Origin: Limnochordia bacterium
Lineage (GTDB): Bacteria > Bacillota > Limnochordia > DTU080
NCBI GenBank assembly: GCA_050951545.1
Contig: JBMNJG010000012.1
Span: 365,382 to 429,381 of the forward strand
DNA length: 64,000 bases
Direction of reading: 5' to 3'
Positions 58,109 to 64,000 of the stretch are shown piece by piece; positions within the stretch are counted from its first letter, which is position 1; every line of letters begins with the position of its first letter. The translations under genes were made by a program, and so were the position numbers. The notes under the pieces were generated by a model. It was not told the origin of the DNA. It saw nothing but the letters and a program-made list of their open reading frames with translations, and ran no database searches.

Positions 58109-58840
58109 TCATCGTGGGTGTGACGACTTGATCTGTGCTTCATAGCGCATACCTGCAGCATCAACCCAGTGCACATAGGCCGGCAGTGGCAAGTTAAGAT
58201 CGATCTCCAGCAAGAGGGTGGTCTCCCCGTAGCGTTGCAGGCGCCCGCGATAGATGGTACGCCCAGCACCATCGCGGGCGACCTCTTCCACCCGAAATGA
58301 CTCGTTGCCTAGTGAGCGGACGGTCCAGCCCTCTCCGGCACGCCATGGCATCTCGACAAAGCGTGTAGCCCAAGGTGTGAAGGCGAACGGCGTCCAGAGC
58401 AGGCGTATGTCCTCCAGGCTCCATTGAGCAGAGGCGAGCAGCGTGGCCATCAAGGCCTCTGCTGGCGTCGATGCGAGGGGACGAACGAAGACCCCCTCAC
58501 GCCGCCCGTCGATCTCATAGGAGAGCGACAAAGCCAAACCCGAATGCAGTTTTGCGACCTGGATCGTCAGCGAGCCGTGAACGGGAGCGCCATCGGTCCA
58601 TCGCGTCAGCGCATACTCATAGGTCGCTGTGGCATCAAATCTCAGCATCCGACTCCAGAATCCAGACGCTGGCGCTAGGCCCTCTTCATTCTCTTCCACC
58701 CGCATCAGTCGCCGCTCCTCCCCTCGCGTGTCGTCTTGTGCGCAGACAGGCATGATCGGGAGTATTAGGGCGAAAAGGAGCAGGGAAAATACCAGCCCTA
58801 TCTTCTTCGTCCAGGCTTCCGTAGAGAGCATTGAATCCAC
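58109..58840 (-). CDS. Secreted hypothetical beta-rich protein
   Basis: Signal peptide ending VCA; co-oriented in the ECF operon. Confidence 0.6.
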   Translation of the reverse strand: MDSMLSTEAWTKKIGLVFSLLLFALILPIMPVCAQDDTRGEERRLMRVEENEEGLAPASGFWSRMLRFDATATYEYALTRWTDGAPVHGSLTIQVAKLHSGLALSLSYEIDGRREGVFVRPLASTPAEALMATLLASAQWSLEDIRLLWTPFAFTPWATRFVEMPWRAGEGWTVRSLGNESFRVEEVARDGAGRTIYRGRLQRYGETTLLLEIDLNLPLPAYVHWVDAAGMRYEAQIKSSHPR

Positions 58841-58854
58841 CCCTGTCGGGTCAG

Positions 58855-59295
58855 CTAGTTACTAGCAGATATCGGGAAAGCGGCCACGCTTCTGCGATTG
58901 ACCCGTACGACAAACTGATACGTCCCTGCAGTATCGAAGCTGACAGACCGCCAGTGGGTCAGCTGACTATGTGTCCAGTCCGCAGAAGTGGCAGAGACCA
59001 TCAGGTCATAATACGCGCGTAGTCCGCCATCAGGCCCAACGATCTCAAACCGCACAGGATACGAGCCCGGCTGCGAGATAAGGATCTGCGTCAATGAGTC
59101 AAAGCTGGCGACAGTTCCGGCTTTGAACCGGACTATGGCCTTGTAGATGCGAGCGCCCTTCGCGGTGTTGGTAATCGACTCTGCGAGGATGTTGCCAGTG
59201 ACGCTGACCGGAGCCGAGGCGGCTATCACAGATACAGACATAAATACCATGAACACCATACTAAGCAACGCTGCAGTGACAAGACGTTTTCTCAC
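58855..59295 (-). CDS. Secreted hypothetical Ig-like beta-sandwich protein
   Basis: GTG 1 nt after the anti-sigma stop; signal peptide; C-terminal SFDTAGTYQFVVRVN. Confidence 0.65.
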   Translation of the reverse strand: MRKRLVTAALLSMVFMVFMSVSVIAASAPVSVTGNILAESITNTAKGARIYKAIVRFKAGTVASFDSLTQILISQPGSYPVRFEIVGPDGGLRAYYDLMVSATSADWTHSQLTHWRSVSFDTAGTYQFVVRVNRRSVAAFPISASN

Positions 59296-59296
59296 A

Positions 59297-59794
59297 TCAG
59301 CCACCCCATTCACCAACCACATACGCCGCTGCAGGCACACCTGTGCCTTGACCAGTTCCGGATGAGTGAGAGAAAGCACTACCTGTGTCGGCTGGCTCAC
59401 CTTTGCTGATCAGGACTGAAGTGGCCACGCCCTCACCCCAACTTGAGGAGGCAGCCACAGTACGTGCCGCGGGTCCGAGCCACGGCTGCCAACGTCCAGG
59501 GATGAAAGCCAAGACGATGACGATCAGAGCGGCGCCCAGCACAACGGAGGGCAAACGCAGGTGCATGTGCGCTGGCTGTTCAAGGCTCTTTTCCACTGCC
59601 AGGGCTGCCGTCTTTGCCATCTCTTCGCGAGAAAAGAGCACGCTATCGATTTTCTGCCATAGGGCTCGCTGCATCCGCAGTTCGTGCCGACACTCCTGAC
59701 AACCCGCAGTGTGCATCTCCACCATACGTGTCAAGGGCCAACGTAACCGGCCTTCTGTATATGCTTCGATTAGGCCTTTCCAGACACTATGCAT
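59297..59794 (-). CDS. Zinc-finger (ZAS) membrane anti-sigma factor
   Basis: HTAGCQEC (HxxxCxxC) and one TM helix; overlaps the sigma gene stop. Confidence 0.85.
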   Translation of the reverse strand: MHSVWKGLIEAYTEGRLRWPLTRMVEMHTAGCQECRHELRMQRALWQKIDSVLFSREEMAKTAALAVEKSLEQPAHMHLRLPSVVLGAALIVIVLAFIPGRWQPWLGPAARTVAASSSWGEGVATSVLISKGEPADTGSAFSHSSGTGQGTGVPAAAYVVGEWGG

Positions 59795-60470
59795 CGTCGT
59801 CCTCACTCCCCCAGCGAGGATCTGCCATGTACGCGTTGCGTAACTTCGTCTTGGCGTCGAAGTAGCGTTTGCGCACCGTTCCCTGACTGCTGTTCATGTG
59901 CCGGGCGATGTCGCTGTCGGCCCAGCCACTACGTCGGAGGCGGAAGACTTCTGCTTGCTCGCTAGTCAGCTTCGCTTTGGCTGCCATCGCCGCGAAGGAC
60001 TCCAAGGCTTCGCGATCGGACTCGGCCTGTACGAAAGCCTCATCAAAGGGTTCCTCGTTCGAGTTGGCCGCCCGAATATGATCGAGCCACTCCTCTTCCA
60101 CTGTCTCCTCATCTTGCAGGTAGCGAGGCATATGGAGTCGCCTGCGTCCCTCCCGGGACCGCTTTTTCAGTACTCGCATGACATGGTTACGGGCAATAGT
60201 GCTCACGTAGGTTTCTGCCTTGGCCTCACCACGGAAACGTTGGATGGCTCCAGGTAGAAGCATGAGCACCTCATGCGTCAGCTCTTCTACTTCATCACGG
60301 TCAACCCGTGAGTCAAACGTGGCAGAGAGATACCAGCGAGCCCTAGCCTGACTATGCAGTGTGTAGGCAACGGCTTTGGTGACTACATCACCAAAGCGTT
60401 CAACCACTTCAGCAAAGGGGCTGGGTACTTCCGGACGAGACATATATCGGACCTCACCCCTCACTGTCAT
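59787..60470 (-). CDS. ECF RNA polymerase sigma factor
   Basis: Region 2 EVEELTHEV..FRGEAKAETYVSTIARN; region 4 LTSEQAEVF..DIARHMNSSQGTVRKR. Confidence 0.88.
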   Translation of the reverse strand: MTVRGEVRYMSRPEVPSPFAEVVERFGDVVTKAVAYTLHSQARARWYLSATFDSRVDRDEVEELTHEVLMLLPGAIQRFRGEAKAETYVSTIARNHVMRVLKKRSREGRRRLHMPRYLQDEETVEEEWLDHIRAANSNEEPFDEAFVQAESDREALESFAAMAAKAKLTSEQAEVFRLRRSGWADSDIARHMNSSQGTVRKRYFDAKTKLRNAYMADPRWGSEDDDA

Positions 60471-60542
60471 CTACACCTGCCTTCTTTTTCATGCTCTGCC
60501 AGTTTCCCTGCATTCACTTTAGTGACGCGCGACACAGCTTTG

Positions 60543-60986
60543 TTACCGGTATGGGTACGCGTTCTGGCTGGTGATTCGCCAGCGGTAGCTCTCCCAGCGG
60601 AATGTCCACTCTTTGCGCCCTGATCGTGAGGTTGGAGCAGAGTCACCGTGATGGCGGTAGATAGCTGTCAGGTACCCAACCGCCCAGGCTTGATCACCCC
60701 AGCGACGCACTTGCTCCAGCTCTACATGGTAGGAAAGATAGTAGCCCGCCAGCAGATCCAGCCCAAGGTCTCTTTTGAATTCGTAGTAGCCGCCATGCGC
60801 GTCCTGATAACTCGGACTGATGTGGTTCATCGCTCCTGATGGGTCGTTACCGACAAGTGCTCCACCAAAAGCATTGATTACGCTCTGCAGATCGTGACGC
60901 AGGGAAAAGAACGTCATCGTACAGCCTGTGGTCAATAGCATAAGAAGCAGCGCACAGACCAGCCTGCCTGCATGCTTCGCTCTCAA
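60543..60986 (-). CDS. Lipoprotein, NTF2-like fold
   Basis: Lipobox LTTGC; HISPSYQD and WTFRWESYRWRIT pattern. Confidence 0.68.
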   Translation of the reverse strand: MRAKHAGRLVCALLLMLLTTGCTMTFFSLRHDLQSVINAFGGALVGNDPSGAMNHISPSYQDAHGGYYEFKRDLGLDLLAGYYLSYHVELEQVRRWGDQAWAVGYLTAIYRHHGDSAPTSRSGRKEWTFRWESYRWRITSQNAYPYR

Positions 60987-61201
60987 AGAAATCGCCCCCT
61001 ATTGGTCGCTGACACGGTCTTTTGGGATGCTTTGGCACTGGTTGTTACCCTCGGGCCCACGCAACCAGCGAAGTCTTGTGAAGACCGCCATTTCCCGTGT
61101 GCATCCGTTGCCCTTTGCAGAGGTGATCTCTCACAGCGGCGTATGGTATACTAACTTGAACCGTCGATTGGGTTGGATACTACGCGGAAGGAGTGGGCGC
61201 G

Positions 61202-61741
61202 TTGAACAACAGACGCCCGCGAGAGAAGGGGCTAGTTCACTGGAGCTGGGTTGTCTGGAGTGCACTCCTTGTCGCTGTGGTACTCCTGGTGGTGGCTCCT
61301 CGCCTCGGGCTCATGCCGAGGAGCGGTGCCAGGCGCCCCGTAAACCTGATTGATCCCCGCCAAGAGCTCGTGGTAGCCGGCAGTCCGGGTTGGGACTACC
61401 ACCGTACCTTTGAGGCCGATCTTGATGGAGACAATCGTCCGGAGACCATTGAGATACTGGCCCGTGTGCAGCGAGAACCCGGGCGGGACAATGACTACCA
61501 ATGGGATGACGGACAGCCTTGGCAGGTATATGTGCGCGACGGCGATCAGCTCACGCATGTGTATGCGCGCTGGGTGCAGCTTGGGCGGCTGTCCGTATAT
61601 GTCACAGATGAACTACGGCCACGTCTGATCATCGCGGAGTCACAGGGAGCGGGCTATGCCCTATATGCAGTGGAGTATCAGGGGCCGGATAGGTTCACGG
61701 CCACAATGATGACGGATTTCCCTGTGCGCGACGGTGCCTAG
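61202..61741 (+). CDS. Membrane-anchored hypothetical protein
   Basis: TTG after AGGAG; N-terminal TM; ADLDGDNRPE (DxDGD Ca-loop-like) and WDDGQ. Confidence 0.65.
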   Translation: MNNRRPREKGLVHWSWVVWSALLVAVVLLVVAPRLGLMPRSGARRPVNLIDPRQELVVAGSPGWDYHRTFEADLDGDNRPETIEILARVQREPGRDNDYQWDDGQPWQVYVRDGDQLTHVYARWVQLGRLSVYVTDELRPRLIIAESQGAGYALYAVEYQGPDRFTATMMTDFPVRDGA

Positions 61742-61772
61742 GTTTGCGTCGTAGAGTCTGGCTGACGCCGGG

Positions 61773-62246
61773 TCAGTGAGGGCGCTCACCGTATTCCGTG
61801 CACGCTCGAGTACTCAAACCCCCACGTACATTGAACTCCCCCGCCACCTTCAGCCAGCGCGGCTGGGCCACGTCCACCAGATCCTGAAGGAGCTTGTTGA
61901 TAATGTGTTCGTAGAACATGCCCACGTTGCGCCATGAGTACAGATAGTACTTTAGCGACTTGAGTTCGATACAAGCGGCATCCGGGACATACTCGATGGT
62001 CAAGCGAGCGAAGTCTGGCAGACCTGACCACGGACACACGGATACGAACTCATCGGTTTCGATAGTGATGACTGCGTCGCTCCCTTGATACCAATAGGGA
62101 AATGTCTCGATGATCTCGGGCGTGATCGCATCGGGACCATCCACGTCAAAACGAGCACCTTCCCACGGCTGACGCTGTCTTTCCTTAAGCCAGCGATCGT
62201 ACTCTTCCCAAGCCTGCCGAAGCTCTTCAGGGCTCTTCCTTACCAC
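61773..62246 (-). CDS. queF: PreQ0 reductase (NADPH-dependent 7-cyano-7-deazaguanine reductase)
   Basis: EFVSVCPWSGLPDF, ELKSLKYY, EHIIN and RGG motifs. Confidence 0.92.
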   Translation of the reverse strand: MVRKSPEELRQAWEEYDRWLKERQRQPWEGARFDVDGPDAITPEIIETFPYWYQGSDAVITIETDEFVSVCPWSGLPDFARLTIEYVPDAACIELKSLKYYLYSWRNVGMFYEHIINKLLQDLVDVAQPRWLKVAGEFNVRGGLSTRACTEYGERPH

Positions 62247-62266
62247 ATGTCTCCCCCTAGCATCAC

Positions 62267-62893
62267 TTACTCCTGGTGTTCTACTGTAGAACGGCGCATC
62301 GCTGCGCGAAACAGGTATATTAGAGGAATGGAGATCACAGTCACTGCCATTTTGACGGCATATTGGCCTCCGATCAGCGGTCGCAAGGGCAACTTCCCGT
62401 AGAACGCGATTGTGATGAAGAGCAATGTGTCAACGCCGAGCCCAACAGCATTAGATAAAAGCACCCGCCCCCACGGGGCCATTCTTTGGCTGAGCCAGGC
62501 GTAGGTGCTCACATCGAGATTGCTTGAGACCAAATAGGCAATCAGTGAGGCCAGCACTACCCTCGGTGTGCTGCCCAAAACGCGAGCGTAGGCCTCTTGC
62601 CCTTCCCAGAACGGGGCTGGTGGCAGGTAGACTGTGAGCAGACTGTAGCCGGCCAGTATCGCATTGGCCAGGAATCCAGCTGTGACAACCCGTCGGGCTT
62701 CTCGCGGCCCCAAAGCGTAGTTAATGAGGTCTAGGAGCGTATACGCTAAGGCAAATACGTACGAGGCCACCGGTATAGAGAACGGGCCTAACACGGTGAT
62801 CTTGCCTGCGGTAATGTTGGCCACGAGCTCGCAGGCAAGGTACATGCCCACGAGATAGATAGGATAGCGCACCGAAGCCCTCCAGATCGCCAA
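62267..62893 (-). CDS. yhhQ: Queuosine precursor transporter (YhhQ/Vut_1)
   Basis: VANITAGKI, RVVLASLIAYLVS and VDTLLFITIAF motifs; adjacent to queF. Confidence 0.85.
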   Translation of the reverse strand: MAIWRASVRYPIYLVGMYLACELVANITAGKITVLGPFSIPVASYVFALAYTLLDLINYALGPREARRVVTAGFLANAILAGYSLLTVYLPPAPFWEGQEAYARVLGSTPRVVLASLIAYLVSSNLDVSTYAWLSQRMAPWGRVLLSNAVGLGVDTLLFITIAFYGKLPLRPLIGGQYAVKMAVTVISIPLIYLFRAAMRRSTVEHQE

Positions 62894-62964
62894 TGTAGGT
62901 TCAAGGATGCGATGAAACCATTCTGCCCGCTATTCGAGTATCTGCATTCTTGCCGGAGATACAC

Positions 62965-64000
62965 CTATTGGCGTTGCTCGGCTCGCAGTCGTGAGACTAT
63001 GCGGGCGGTCGCTGCGTGTCGTACCGACTCTCGCTTGGACAGAAGCCAGTCAGTTACATTGAGGCTGGCAAGATTCTTCAGCCAAGCCGTCAGGCTGTCG
63101 ATTTTGACACGAGCAGCTGCTACCTCTCGCAGACAGCTCTCGCGATCCTTCCCAGTAGTGGAACGGATCCACTCCTGCAGGGCACGGGAAGCGCCGCTAC
63201 GACAGTGCTCAGCGGTCTTTTGCCATTGGTCTTCTACAAGGCGCATCAGTGCTCGTGTGAGTTTGGCAGTCCCTTCATCCACCTCGGCCGCCAGTTTCTC
63301 CTGGAGCTTTCCTCGTCCCAAGCGCAAGACACTTCGGATGACGCCCGGGCGCTCATAAAAAAGCTGGATAGGCCTGAGAAACTCATTGACAGGTCCATCG
63401 ATTTCGGAGGCGAGATTGGGGCAGTGCCCCTAGCCATGGAATGGCGTGGTGCTCAGCCACTTCCCGCCACCCGTCACACAGCCGATTGGCCTGAGTATCT
63501 GCCAGGCTCTCGAGAAGCTCAACGAGCGCATCCTGAGCAAGCACTTGCTCCACAAGCATCTGCCGAAACACCAGGGCATCAAATCGGTTTTCAATGAGTG
63601 GATCGATCAGACCCTGAAAGCGCGTTTGGACTGTGCGGGCATACTGCTGTAGCTCTGCCGACGCAACGTCCCTAGCAAAGAATTGTGCCGATGCATGCTT
63701 CTCAAAAGCAGCGGAGGCTAGATCATACTGCGCTACCGCCGCCTCGTGGCGGTTAACCACGTCACGCAGACGAGTGATGGCGGTCTGGCCTATCTGGTGC
63801 ATGGCCAGGAGCGCTTGGTTGACCGTCTCCGGCTCGGGTGAGTTTCCCCCCTTGCCCGCCAGGGAAGCCATGGTCTCGCGGAGCTGCTTCGGTGCTTCAT
63901 CACCCAAGACGCCCTGCAAATGGCGGCCCTGACTCGTCAGTGAGGCAGCTGTCTCAGCCACAGCCACATCGAAAAGATGGGCGTAACAGTGAGCCAGACG
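62965..64000 (-). pseudogene. Helical hypothetical protein, apparently frameshifted near 63418-63421 (or sequencing error); probably continues beyond the window
   Basis: ORF 63383-63967 and the frame of ORF 62965-63327 join into ...LGALPNLASEIDGPVNEFL... if one G is removed from the GGGG run at 63418-63421. Confidence 0.45.

Noticed and set aside
1-64000. CRISPR arrays, tRNA/rRNA, transposases, integrases, prophage or defence genes
   Set aside because: No regularly spaced repeats, cloverleaf patterns or relevant protein motifs were seen on manual reading; small elements could have been missed.

Overview
A ~58% GC bacterial chromosome segment with about 60 CDS. It most likely comes from a spore-forming Firmicute with an outer membrane (Limnochordia-like; this is an inference). 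Sporulation genes (Coat F-like pair, CwlD-like amidase, GH18, Amidase_6, SigE/SigK-like promoters) occur together with an usher-like outer-membrane protein and Lnt. Most of the window is housekeeping or metabolic: bkd-type 2-oxoacid dehydrogenase with lipB, rhaI, an ABC exporter pair, nadA, cca, cinA, thiN, tudS, gntK, livKHMGF-acuB, glgP, fba and queF-yhhQ. A 6S RNA with its own promoter and terminator lies at ~2447-2626 (-). Three loci stand out: (1) an ArsR(CVC)-ATP-grasp ligase-lysine 2,3-aminomutase-cyclic amidohydrolase cluster (9942-14489) that looks like an undescribed beta-lysine-conjugate pathway; (2) an in-frame IspH-HpnC fusion heading an hpnCDE squalene operon (14722-18616); (3) an ECF sigma/anti-sigma operon with lipoproteins, a metzincin protease and Lnt (55166-60986). 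No rRNA, tRNA, CRISPR array or mobile element was seen. All calls come from motif recognition by eye; no database searches were run.
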